In this document: piece after piece, positions 9,091 to 18,202 of the stretch
How positions within the stretch are numbered: the first letter of the stretch is position 1
Layout of the letters: the number at the start of each line of letters is the position of its first letter
NCBI GenBank assembly: GCA_963822355.1
Contig: CAWGHI010000007.1
Location: forward strand, 12,676 to 76,675
DNA length: 64,000 nucleotides
Source: an uncultured Flavobacteriaceae bacterium
GTDB lineage: Bacteria > Bacteroidota > Bacteroidia > Flavobacteriales > Flavobacteriaceae
Direction of reading: 5' to 3'
The notes under the pieces: model-generated
Databases searched by the model: none
What the model saw: the letters and a program-made list of their open reading frames with translations, nothing else
Told to the model about the DNA's origin: nothing
Made by a program: the position numbers and the translations under genes

Positions 9091-10859
9091 TCATTTTTTG
9101 CTGAATGGAATCCCGTTTCGCTTCACTTTCCAACGTTTCCGGTTGTGGATCATCGGGTCTGTTTTGTAAATCTTTCGGACTTAGTTTTGATTCTTCGGGA
9201 AGTTGTATTTCTTCTTCGGGTATATCATCAAAAAATTGTCCTTCGTCTTTGGGCAAGGGAATTCCCGTTATTTTGGGAAGCACAGGGGCAGGTTTTCCTT
9301 TGAATAAATCTTCAACAGCATATAATCGTTCCTCACCACGCCATTGAAAACCCGGAAGAATTCGCGCATTTTCGGGCAACATGGAAGGAGGATAAATTTT
9401 TCCGGTGGCTTTTTTAATAAAACGTATTCCGGAGATTTGCTGTTCTTCCAAATATATTTGGATGGAACTGGAAACGGTATTGTTAATACCCACTAATTCG
9501 CCATTGTCGTTTCGCGGATAGTAAATTACCTGTGCATTTTTATTGATATTTACCGTGTCCAATTCATTATTGGTGAAAAGTCCGATAAGCCGTTCACCCT
9601 TTACCTGATTATACCCCAAACTATCTTTTTGAACCAAAAAAGCATTATTGAAAACTTTGAGGGTATCAAGTTTATCGGTAATCGTGTCTGAGAGTATATG
9701 TATTGTATCACCGATCATTTGGTTTTCACCGCTCCAAAGTACAGGGTTTCGAAGCAGTTTGGTAATTCCACGTTTTTCATTCACGTAAATGGAATCACAT
9801 TTTCCGCTGGTGGGATCATCGCCCACCTTCCCTGGTTTAAAAAGTCTCGCTTTATAAAAACCTTTCATGATTCTGTTTTCTGGCTTCCCCGTTATTTGTA
9901 GCGTATCGGCGTGAACATAAATTGAATCATTGTCCCTGACTGTAATGGCTACGGCTCTCTTTGTTATGAAAACTGAATCTTTTTCACGGAAAACTTCGGC
10001 ATAATGCCCGCGAATTACACTTTTATTAATAGTGTCCAAAACCCGAATATTATTGGTGGCTGAAGCAAAGCTTTTGTTTCGGTCAAAATAAATGCTGTCG
10101 CCGTAAAGAGTTCTGTTTTCGTAATCCACTTTTGAATTTTTTACGAAGTAACCCGTATCACCGCGAGTGTCGTAATAACCGCGTTCGCAATAAACCGTGC
10201 TTGTTTCACTAACAATTGTTGATGGCCCATAAAGGTAAGCTGCCCCGGTTTCGGAATAAAAATCCAGTTGGTTGCTGTTTACGGTATACTTAGGATTTAC
10301 AAGTCTTTACATTTTGAAGAAATTGATATTTTTTGGTTTCTGCAAAATATCTGCCGGAACGGCTGGTCAATACACTTGCCGTGTCGCGTACGGTTCCGCC
10401 GGTTCTGTAATAGGCTTGCTGTTTTATTCTATCAAAGTAAAGAGTATCGGTTTGAAGGGTGGTTTTTGGTTCTGTCAAAACTACATCACCACTGGCAAAG
10501 GCAAATTGGGTATTACCGTTATATTCTGCGTATTTGCTATTCATAGAAACGGTGTCACCCTGGGTAATACGCACTTCTCCGTAGGCTTTCACAAAATTGC
10601 TTTTCAAATAAACAAAGGCCTGGTCGCACCACATTTCTATACCTTCGTGAACTATGTAAACCTGACCGGTTTCGTCTTTGGTGTAAATGGCGGCATCTGG
10701 AAATTCAGGTCGCAATTCAAGATAGCCGGATTGTATATCAACCTTTTGCTTTTCCTGTGCAGAAATATTGGTTCCAAAGAAAAGAAAAGCAATAACAAAT
10801 ATGATAGATGATATTTTCAAAAAAGAATTATTTATCATTAGCAACGAAAATATCAACAA
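9065..10859 (-). pseudogene. OstA-like (LptA/LptD-related) protein split by a +1 frameshift at ~10307; probably an intact gene with an assembly error
   Basis: ORF 10290-10859 ends ...FLQNVKTCKS*. Removing one T of 10306-10308 continues into LVNPKYTVNSNQLDFYSETGAAYLYGP...DYENRTLYGDSIYF, joining ORF 9065-10129. Confidence 0.85.
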
Positions 10860-10867
10860 AAAATTGA

Positions 10868-12139
10868 TTACCGATGGATAGTCTGCTTTCTATCCGGTCC
10901 CACCGAAACTATTTTGATCGGCACTTCCAATTCTTTTTCAAGAAAATCAATATAATCATTTAGTGCCTCTGGCAACTGGGATGCTTCACTCATTTTAGTT
11001 AAATCTGCCTTCCAGCCTTTCATTTTTGTGAAGATTGGTGTAACGTTTTCAGCCTCGATATTAAAAGGTAAATGGTTGATAGTTTCCCCTTTGTAATTAT
11101 ATGCGGTACAAACTTTTAATGTTTCAAAACCACTTAAAACATCGGCTTTCATCATTATTAATTGTGTAACTCCATTAACTTGAACCGCATAACGAAGCGC
11201 TACCAAATCCAACCAACCACAACGTCGTGGCCGTCCGGTTACCGCGCCAAATTCGTTCCCAACTTTTGCCATTTTTTTACCATCCTCGTCAAAAAGTTCG
11301 GTGGGGAAGGGGCCACTACCCACACGGGTTGTATATGCCTTAAAAATTCCAAATACATCTTTCACTTTGTTTGGTGGCACTCCCAAACCTGTGCAAGCCC
11401 CCGCCGCTGTTGTATTTGAAGAGGTTACAAAAGGATAGGTTCCAAAATCTATATCCAGCAAAGAACCTTGGGCGCCTTCCGCTAAAATAGTTTTTCCTTC
11501 TTTTTGTGCTTGGTGCAAATATTCTTCGCTATCAATAAAAGTAAGGGTTTTTAATGTTTCGACTGCGGCAAAAAATTCCGCTTCCAAATCTGCTAAATCA
11601 TACTGCACATCCACATTATAAAAATCAATCATCGCTTCGTGCTTGTCTGCCAAAGCGCGGTATTTTTCCTGCCAGTTTTCAAGCTCCAAATCGCCAATGC
11701 GGATTCCGTTTCTTCCGGTTTTGTCCATATAAGTGGGACCAATTCCTTTTAAAGTGGAACCGATTTTGGCCTTTCCTTTAGCAGCTTCTGAAGCCGCATC
11801 CAGCAAACGATGCGTAGGCAAAATAACATGTGCTTTTCGGGAAATGATTAGATTTTTCTTAAAATCTATATTGAATTTTTCCAACGCTTCAATTTCCTTT
11901 ACAAAAACTACAGGATCTATAACAACACCGTTACCAATTACATTCACAGAATTTTTGTGGAAAATACCGGATGGAATGGTGCGCAGCACGTGTTTTATTC
12001 CATCAAATTCCAACGTGTGGCCAGCATTTGGCCCGCCTTGAAAACGTGCAATTATATCATAGTTTTTGGTTAGGACATCAACAATTTTTCCTTTGCCTTC
12101 ATCGCCCCATTGTAGTCCAAGTAGTAAGTCTACTGCCAT
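10868..12139 (-). CDS. purA: Adenylosuccinate synthetase
   Basis: GLQWGDEGKGK, GGPNAGHT, EGAQG and GAVTGRPRRCGWLD motifs. Confidence 0.98.
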   Translation of the reverse strand: MAVDLLLGLQWGDEGKGKIVDVLTKNYDIIARFQGGPNAGHTLEFDGIKHVLRTIPSGIFHKNSVNVIGNGVVIDPVVFVKEIEALEKFNIDFKKNLIISRKAHVILPTHRLLDAASEAAKGKAKIGSTLKGIGPTYMDKTGRNGIRIGDLELENWQEKYRALADKHEAMIDFYNVDVQYDLADLEAEFFAAVETLKTLTFIDSEEYLHQAQKEGKTILAEGAQGSLLDIDFGTYPFVTSSNTTAAGACTGLGVPPNKVKDVFGIFKAYTTRVGSGPFPTELFDEDGKKMAKVGNEFGAVTGRPRRCGWLDLVALRYAVQVNGVTQLIMMKADVLSGFETLKVCTAYNYKGETINHLPFNIEAENVTPIFTKMKGWKADLTKMSEASQLPEALNDYIDFLEKELEVPIKIVSVGPDRKQTIHR

Positions 12140-12145
12140 AATTTT

Positions 12146-12616
12146 TTAAGAATTGTCCGCCTTAATATTTTTGGCGGTTTTTTTATTTCCGTAGAAATAA
12201 AGTGAATGGTTAGTTATTTCAATATCGAAAACTTCTTCGATGGTTTTTTTGATGCTGTGTATTCGTGGATCGCAAAATTCAATTACTTCACCGTCCGCTA
12301 GGATAACATGATCATGATTACGGTCAAAATACGATTTTTCATAATGGGCTTGGTTTTGACCAAATTGGTGCTTGCGCACTAAGCCACATTCCAGAAGCAA
12401 TTCTATGGTATTATAAAGTGTGGCGCGGCTAACACGATAATTTTTATTCTTCATATTTATGTAGAGCGACTCAATATCAAAATGGTCGTCGTGATCATAA
12501 ATTTCTTGCAGAATTGCGTAACGCTCCGGCGTTTTCCGGTGTCCTTTTTTTTCAAGAAACCCCGTGAAAACGTTCTTTACAATTGCCTGATTATTTATAT
12601 CTGTTTTTGAGCTCAT
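12146..12616 (-). CDS. fur: Fur-family transcriptional repressor
   Basis: [26 protein letters not shown] and HDHVI motifs. ATG 12616 is preferred because a promoter -7 box lies just upstream. Confidence 0.88.
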   Translation of the reverse strand: MSSKTDINNQAIVKNVFTGFLEKKGHRKTPERYAILQEIYDHDDHFDIESLYINMKNKNYRVSRATLYNTIELLLECGLVRKHQFGQNQAHYEKSYFDRNHDHVILADGEVIEFCDPRIHSIKKTIEEVFDIEITNHSLYFYGNKKTAKNIKADNS

Positions 12617-12627
12617 AATTAAGGTTG

Positions 12628-12635
12628 CAAAGTTA
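12628..12635 (-). promoter_or_regulatory. Bacteroidota sigma-70 -7 box (TAACTTTG) for fur, at the relA/spoT-fur junction
   Basis: Exact match to TAnnTTTG, 11 nt upstream of ATG 12616. Confidence 0.6.
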
Positions 12636-12643
12636 CTCAAATT

Positions 12644-14848
12644 TTACACTCTGGTAACTTTATCAATTCCGTTTATTTTTTTGATGTTTTCTACCAAATT
12701 ATTGAGAATGGATTTATTCTTTACCACCACAACAATTTTTCCGGTAAAAATGCCATCGTTACTATCAAAATGAACACTTTTCATATCTATGTGAAGGTTG
12801 TTGGAAATCACTTTTGTAACTTCGTTTACTAAGCCTATGGTGTCTATTCCACTAATTGTAAGATCTGCTTTAAACTCCCGTTGCGTAGAATCTATCCACT
12901 TGGCGGGCATAATGCGATAGCTGTAGTTACTCTGCAGCTGTAATGCATTCGGACAGTTGGTTTTATGAACTTTAATCCCTTCATTGACAGTTACAAAACC
13001 GAAAACATCATCACCCGGGATTGGGTTACAGCAATTAGCCATTTTGTAGTCCAGTTTGTCTTCGTTTTTTCCAAAAACAAGCTGATCAAACTTTTCGGTT
13101 ATTTCTTCTTTGTGAACATCTTCAGGTTTATCTGGTTTTCGGATTCTGTTTTTGAAGAAACTTATAAAGGCATTGCTTCGTGAAGCGGCAAATTCTTTCA
13201 GTTTGGGATTATCAATAATTCCAGCGCCCACGCGATAGTACAAATCCAGACTTGTTTTCACTTTAAAGTAAACAACCAATTGGTTTAGTAGACTCTCGTC
13301 CAAATTTAATTTTAAGGATTTCAATTTACGGGTCAAAATTACTTTTCCTTCTTCGGCGAGCTGTTTCTTTTCGTCTTTTAAGGAAGATTTAATTTTGGAA
13401 CGGGCACGACCAGTTGTTGCATAGTTTAACCAGTTTGCCGTGGGCTTGGCATTGTCAGAAGTAATTATTTCCACTTGGTCCCCACTTTTTATTTCGTGAC
13501 TTAGGGGGACCAGTTTTCCATTCACTTTGGTACCGCGCGTATGCATTCCGATTTCAGTGTGAATGTGGAAGGCGAAATCCAATGCTGTTGCGCCTTTGGG
13601 AAGTGAATAAAGATCACCTTTGGGCGTAAAAACGAAAATCTCTTTCGCGTAAAGGTTCAATTTAAATTCCTCCACAAAATCCACTGCGCTTATTTCAGAA
13701 TTTTCCAAAGTGTCCTGCAGTTTGTTTAACCAGTTTTCAAGTCCGCCGTCGTCTTTTTCCTTGTTTTTGTATTTGTAGTGTGCGGCGAAACCTTTTTCTG
13801 CAATTTCGTTCATCCGTTCACTGCGAATCTGCACTTCCACCCAGCGGCCTTTTGGACCCATCACCGTAATATGAAGCGCTTCATACCCAGTGGATTTCGG
13901 GGAAGAGATCCAATCGCGTAAACGAATTGGGTTGGGACGAAAATGATCTGTAACTATTGAATATATTTTCCAGGCGAAGAATTTTTCGTTTTCGGGAGCA
14001 CTTTTATAAATTATCCGCACCGCGAATTTGTCATAAACCTCATCAAAGCTCACATTCTGGGCGAGCATTTTTCTTCGAATGGAAAAAATTGATTTTGGGC
14101 GGCCTTTAATCTCGTATTTCAAATCCTCGGCATCCAATGAATCTTTAATCACTTTGTTGAAAGCCTCAATATAGGCATCTTGTTCTTCCTTACTTTCTTT
14201 TATTCGTCCTAAAATATCGGCATAAACCTCCGGCTCCGTGAACTTGAGCCCCAAATCTTCCAGTTCAGATTTAATATTGTAGAGCCCAATACGGTGGGCG
14301 AGGGGCGCATAAATATATAGCGTTTCCGAAGCTATTTTTCGCTGTTTGTCCCGCGGCATGGAATCCATCGTTTGCATATTATGCAGCCTATCCGCAATTT
14401 TTATGATTATTACGCGAATATCTTCATTTAGCGTAAGTAACATTTTCCTAAAATTTTCCGCTTGCATGGAAACATCCTCGGACATATTGATGTGGGCAAT
14501 CTTGGTAAGCCCATCAACAATACGCATTACCGCCGGTCCGAACATACGTTCAATATCTTCTAAGGAATATGTGGTATCCTCCACGACATCATGTAAAAGT
14601 GCGGCGGCAATAGATGTGGCATCCAAACCAATTTCGGAAGCGACAATCTTTGCAACGGCTATGGGGTGAAAAATATAAGCTTCGCCACTTTTACGGCGCT
14701 GATCTTTATGGGCATCCACGGCAACATCGAACGCGCTGCGAATCAGTTTTTTATCTTCTTTGGAAAGGGTGCGATAACTGATTTTGAGTAACTGTTTATA
14801 TTGCTTTGTGAGCTCCTTTTTCTCTTTTTCTATAGCGGCTTCTGTCAT
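12644..14848 (-). CDS. spoT: Bifunctional (p)ppGpp synthetase/hydrolase (long RSH)
   Basis: RKSGEAYIFHP, LLHDVVEDT (HD), IKIADRLHNM, GRPKS and EVQIRS motifs, then TGS (FVFTPKG), ZFD (CCNPIPGD) and ACT domains. Confidence 0.95.
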   Translation of the reverse strand: MTEAAIEKEKKELTKQYKQLLKISYRTLSKEDKKLIRSAFDVAVDAHKDQRRKSGEAYIFHPIAVAKIVASEIGLDATSIAAALLHDVVEDTTYSLEDIERMFGPAVMRIVDGLTKIAHINMSEDVSMQAENFRKMLLTLNEDIRVIIIKIADRLHNMQTMDSMPRDKQRKIASETLYIYAPLAHRIGLYNIKSELEDLGLKFTEPEVYADILGRIKESKEEQDAYIEAFNKVIKDSLDAEDLKYEIKGRPKSIFSIRRKMLAQNVSFDEVYDKFAVRIIYKSAPENEKFFAWKIYSIVTDHFRPNPIRLRDWISSPKSTGYEALHITVMGPKGRWVEVQIRSERMNEIAEKGFAAHYKYKNKEKDDGGLENWLNKLQDTLENSEISAVDFVEEFKLNLYAKEIFVFTPKGDLYSLPKGATALDFAFHIHTEIGMHTRGTKVNGKLVPLSHEIKSGDQVEIITSDNAKPTANWLNYATTGRARSKIKSSLKDEKKQLAEEGKVILTRKLKSLKLNLDESLLNQLVVYFKVKTSLDLYYRVGAGIIDNPKLKEFAASRSNAFISFFKNRIRKPDKPEDVHKEEITEKFDQLVFGKNEDKLDYKMANCCNPIPGDDVFGFVTVNEGIKVHKTNCPNALQLQSNYSYRIMPAKWIDSTQREFKADLTISGIDTIGLVNEVTKVISNNLHIDMKSVHFDSNDGIFTGKIVVVVKNKSILNNLVENIKKINGIDKVTRV

Positions 14849-14955
14849 AAACTAAAAGTACAGATAAGTAATTTAATTGGCAAGAAAATTAATGGATAGG
14901 GAAATTTCAAAAATGCATTTTTTCATTCGATTTTTTTTCTTTTAAGAAAATTATG

Positions 14956-14983
14956 TGTAACAATTTATTCAACTTAATGTCTA
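14956..14983 (+). promoter_or_regulatory. Putative ECF-sigma promoter for the M16 pair (TGTAAC-N17-GTCTA)
   Basis: TGTAAC at 14956-14961 and GTCTA at 14979-14983, ~40 nt before ATG 15023. The spacing matches general ECF promoter architecture. Confidence 0.45.
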
Positions 14984-15022
14984 TTAGGAAAATACTTTAT
15001 GTTTTAACAAAAACCACCACTT

Positions 15023-16411
15023 ATGAAAAACAAATTGCTGCTGCTTTTCATTTTGGCAACCGGAATTGCTGGTTTTGGCCAAAAGGTTAATGCTCAAAAA
15101 ATGAAATCTTCAGAATTTAATGTTCCCGTGGAATATTACAAATTGAATAACGGTCTAAAAGTGGTATTATCTCAGGATAAATCCTCACCCACAGTTATTG
15201 TTGCTACTTATTATAATATTGGTTTTAGGATTGAGCCAAGGGACCGTACAGGTTTTGCACATTTATTTGAGCATATGATGTTCCAAGGTTCACAAAACTT
15301 GGGGAAAATGGAATTTATAAAATTAGTTCAACAAAATGGTGGGGTATTAAACGGTTCCACCCGTTTCGATTTTACAAATTATTTTGAAATAGTACCCTCA
15401 AATAAATTGGAAACCATGCTTTGGGCGGAGGCCGATAGAATGAAAGGGTTGGACATCACCCAAGATAATCTAACCAACCAACAAGGGGTTGTTAAAAATG
15501 AAGTAAAGGTGAATGTTTTGAACCAGCCTTATGGCGGTTTTCCATGGCTTGATATGCCGCAATATGCGAATACCAATTGGTACAATGCACATAACTTCTA
15601 CGGGGATTTAAAAGACTTGGACGCGGCAAATTTGCAGGATGTGGAAAGCTTCTTTAAAACTTATTATGCGCCAAATAATGCCGTTTTATCAATTGTTGGC
15701 GATTTTGAAATGGCAGAAGCTAAAGCTTGGGTAGAAAAATATTTTGGTGAAATTCCTGCGGCACAGATACCTCCTAAGCCTGATGTTTCCGAACCGAGGC
15801 AGGAAAAGGAAAAAGAATTCACCAAAAATGATTCTTTGGCAAACAAGCCCGCGCTTGCGGTAGCCTACAATATGCCAACCCGAAATACTCCCGAATATTA
15901 TGCGATGGGCCTGTTGGACCAAATTTTAATTCAGGGTGATAATGCGTTGCTTCAAAAAAAATTGGTTGATGAAAAAGGGTACACTTCTTATGTGAGTGGG
16001 GGCATAAATTATTTGGGAAATATGTTCAATTACAACGGCCCAATGCAGTTAATGTTTGATGTTACCTATGACAATGAAACATCAAAAAAACAAGTGATGG
16101 ATGCTGTTGATGAAGTGATTGATGGACTTTCCAGCAAAGTAAACCAAGAAATGATTGATAATGCAATCGTAAAAATGCGCTCTCAATTATATGACGAATT
16201 GGGCGGAAATTTTGGTTTTGGCCGGGCGGATTTACTCAGTAGTTTCGCCCTTTTTGATGACGATCCGTCAAGAATAAATACTTTGGAAGACGAATTTAAA
16301 AAAGTGACTCCCGCACTTGTTAAAAAGACCATTTCAGAATATTTGAGAAGAACAAACCGAACCATTTTGGTAGTAAACCCACTATTGGCAAATAACGAAA
16401 AAACAAACTAA
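15023..16411 (+). CDS. M16 (insulinase/pitrilysin) family zinc peptidase, catalytic subunit
   Basis: Signal peptide; GFAHLFEHMMF (HxxEH); NGSTRFDFTNY; VVKNE. Confidence 0.92.
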   Translation: MKNKLLLLFILATGIAGFGQKVNAQKMKSSEFNVPVEYYKLNNGLKVVLSQDKSSPTVIVATYYNIGFRIEPRDRTGFAHLFEHMMFQGSQNLGKMEFIKLVQQNGGVLNGSTRFDFTNYFEIVPSNKLETMLWAEADRMKGLDITQDNLTNQQGVVKNEVKVNVLNQPYGGFPWLDMPQYANTNWYNAHNFYGDLKDLDAANLQDVESFFKTYYAPNNAVLSIVGDFEMAEAKAWVEKYFGEIPAAQIPPKPDVSEPRQEKEKEFTKNDSLANKPALAVAYNMPTRNTPEYYAMGLLDQILIQGDNALLQKKLVDEKGYTSYVSGGINYLGNMFNYNGPMQLMFDVTYDNETSKKQVMDAVDEVIDGLSSKVNQEMIDNAIVKMRSQLYDELGGNFGFGRADLLSSFALFDDDPSRINTLEDEFKKVTPALVKKTISEYLRRTNRTILVVNPLLANNEKTN

Positions 16412-17797
16412 ATGAAAACTTCAGTATATACATTTTTGATAGCCTTGTTCCTCGCAGTGCCAAGCATCGCGCAGAAACAAATTCCACCAAAAGGCACAGA
16501 TCCAAAAGATTTTACGCTTCCGAAAAAGGAAGTGATGAATTTGGATAATGGAATGCAATTGGTACTGGTGCCCTATGGCAGTATTCCAAAAGCAACAATT
16601 AGTATTACCGTGAAAACCGGAAACATCAACGAAACAAAAGACCAAGTGTGGCTTGCGGATTTGCTTGGAGATTTGATGAAAGAAGGGAGTACCGCGGATT
16701 ATTCTGTAAAAGATAAACTTGCCGGAATGGGCGGAAATCTAAATATTGGGGTAGGTTCGCACAACACTGCTATAAGTACCAATGTGCTTTCTGAATTTGC
16801 TCCTGATGCCTTGAAAATTCTTGCAGATGTTTTGGAGAATCCAAAATTACCGCAAAGTGAATTAGATCGATTAAAAAATAATATGAAACGGAATTTAACG
16901 GTTTCGCTTTCAACTCCGGGCGCTCAGGCAAGAAAAGATTTCTTTGCTGAAATGTATCCCAACCATCCCTATGGAAGATTATATCCAACAACCGAACAAG
17001 TCGATTCTTATACTTTAAGCGATGTAAAATCTTTTTATGATGCCAATTTTGGAGCGCAACGTACAACAATTTATGTAGTAGGAAATTTTGATGCACAAAA
17101 AGTGAAAGAGGTGGTAAAAAACCAATTAGGTGATTGGCGTAAGGGACCAAAGGAAAATTATCCTGTTGCGCAAGCGCAAACAAAAGGTAAAGTACAAATT
17201 ATTGATCGGCCCGGCGCACCGCAATCAACCATTTATTATGGCCTTCCAGTTGCCGACCCTTCCAATAAAGATTATATCGCTTTGGATGTGATGAATACAC
17301 TTTTGGGAGGATCTTTTGGATCGCGAATTACCAGTAACATTCGTGAGGACAAAGGCTATACCTATTCTCCCGGTAGTGCTTTGGTTGCGAACTATAAAAG
17401 CGGACTGTGGTATGAAAGTGCCGATGTAACAACTGAATTTACGGGCGCTTCCATAGACGAAATTAAAAAGGAAATTGTGCGTTTGCAGAACGAAGCACCG
17501 AACAAAGCAGAATTGGACGGGATGAAGAGTTACAAATCTGGGCTTTATGTTTTGCAAAATTCAACCCCCAATGGAATTATCAATCAGTTGAATTTTCTCA
17601 ATATCCATGATTTAGATGAATCTTTTTTGGTGAACCAAGTAAAAAATATTAATGCAGTCACCCCGGAACAAGTTCAGGAAATGGCAAAAAAATACATTCA
17701 GCCGGATAAAATGACACTGATAGTAGTTGGTGATAAAGAAAAAATTAAAGAGCAAGTAAAGGAAACCATTGCACAACCTGCAAAAAAAGAACAGTAA
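16412..17797 (+). CDS. M16 family peptidase, non-catalytic partner subunit
   Basis: Signal peptide; no HxxEH; LGGSFGSRITSNIREDKGYTYS (M16 C-terminal R/Y motif). Abuts the first gene. Confidence 0.9.
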   Translation: MKTSVYTFLIALFLAVPSIAQKQIPPKGTDPKDFTLPKKEVMNLDNGMQLVLVPYGSIPKATISITVKTGNINETKDQVWLADLLGDLMKEGSTADYSVKDKLAGMGGNLNIGVGSHNTAISTNVLSEFAPDALKILADVLENPKLPQSELDRLKNNMKRNLTVSLSTPGAQARKDFFAEMYPNHPYGRLYPTTEQVDSYTLSDVKSFYDANFGAQRTTIYVVGNFDAQKVKEVVKNQLGDWRKGPKENYPVAQAQTKGKVQIIDRPGAPQSTIYYGLPVADPSNKDYIALDVMNTLLGGSFGSRITSNIREDKGYTYSPGSALVANYKSGLWYESADVTTEFTGASIDEIKKEIVRLQNEAPNKAELDGMKSYKSGLYVLQNSTPNGIINQLNFLNIHDLDESFLVNQVKNINAVTPEQVQEMAKKYIQPDKMTLIVVGDKEKIKEQVKETIAQPAKKEQ

Positions 17798-17827
17798 TTA
17801 TTATTGTTGATTTAGTTTGTTGATAAT

Positions 17828-17858
17828 AAAAAGTCCAACGTAAGTTGGGCTTTTTTTA
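17828..17858 (+). terminator. Rho-independent terminator
   Basis: AAAAAGTCCAAC-gtaa-GTTGGGCTTTTTTT. Confidence 0.8.
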
Positions 17859-17900
17859 TTTAATTACCTGGTTGAACTCTAAGTTTGTAAAACGAAACTA

Positions 17901-18149
17901 TTGTTAAGAATCGGGAAAAGTGGAGAAACAGGAGCTATGACCGTTACCGGCTTGCTCGCAGAGACTTACGATATTAAAGTTTTCTGTGGTAATAGCAATA
18001 CTTTAATTCAAACTACAAATATCCACGTAACGGCGGGGATTTGCAGAACAAAACACCTTTTTAGGTATAAATCCACAGATCCTTTAAATTATCAAAAATG
18101 TGTTCTTTTTTTTCATCACGCAAACAAACGTAATTCTTCAAAATCCTAA
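17901..18149 (+). pseudogene. Possible gene remnant (carboxypeptidase-regulatory-like beta-sandwich fragment)
   Basis: GETGAMTVTGLLAETYDIKVF...TTNIHVTAG resembles the G.F...GL..GTY...V...V.AG pattern. There is no convincing start or signal peptide. Confidence 0.3.
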
Positions 18150-18202
18150 AACTTTAACAGTTAAACCCATAAAGGACAAAAGCCAAAATTTAATGTTTCG
18201 TT

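Noticed and set aside
14901-14922. Palindromes GAAATTTC and AAAAATGCATTTTT upstream of spoT and the M16 pair
   Set aside because: Low-complexity AT-rich dyads are expected by chance at this base composition, and no second copy was found.
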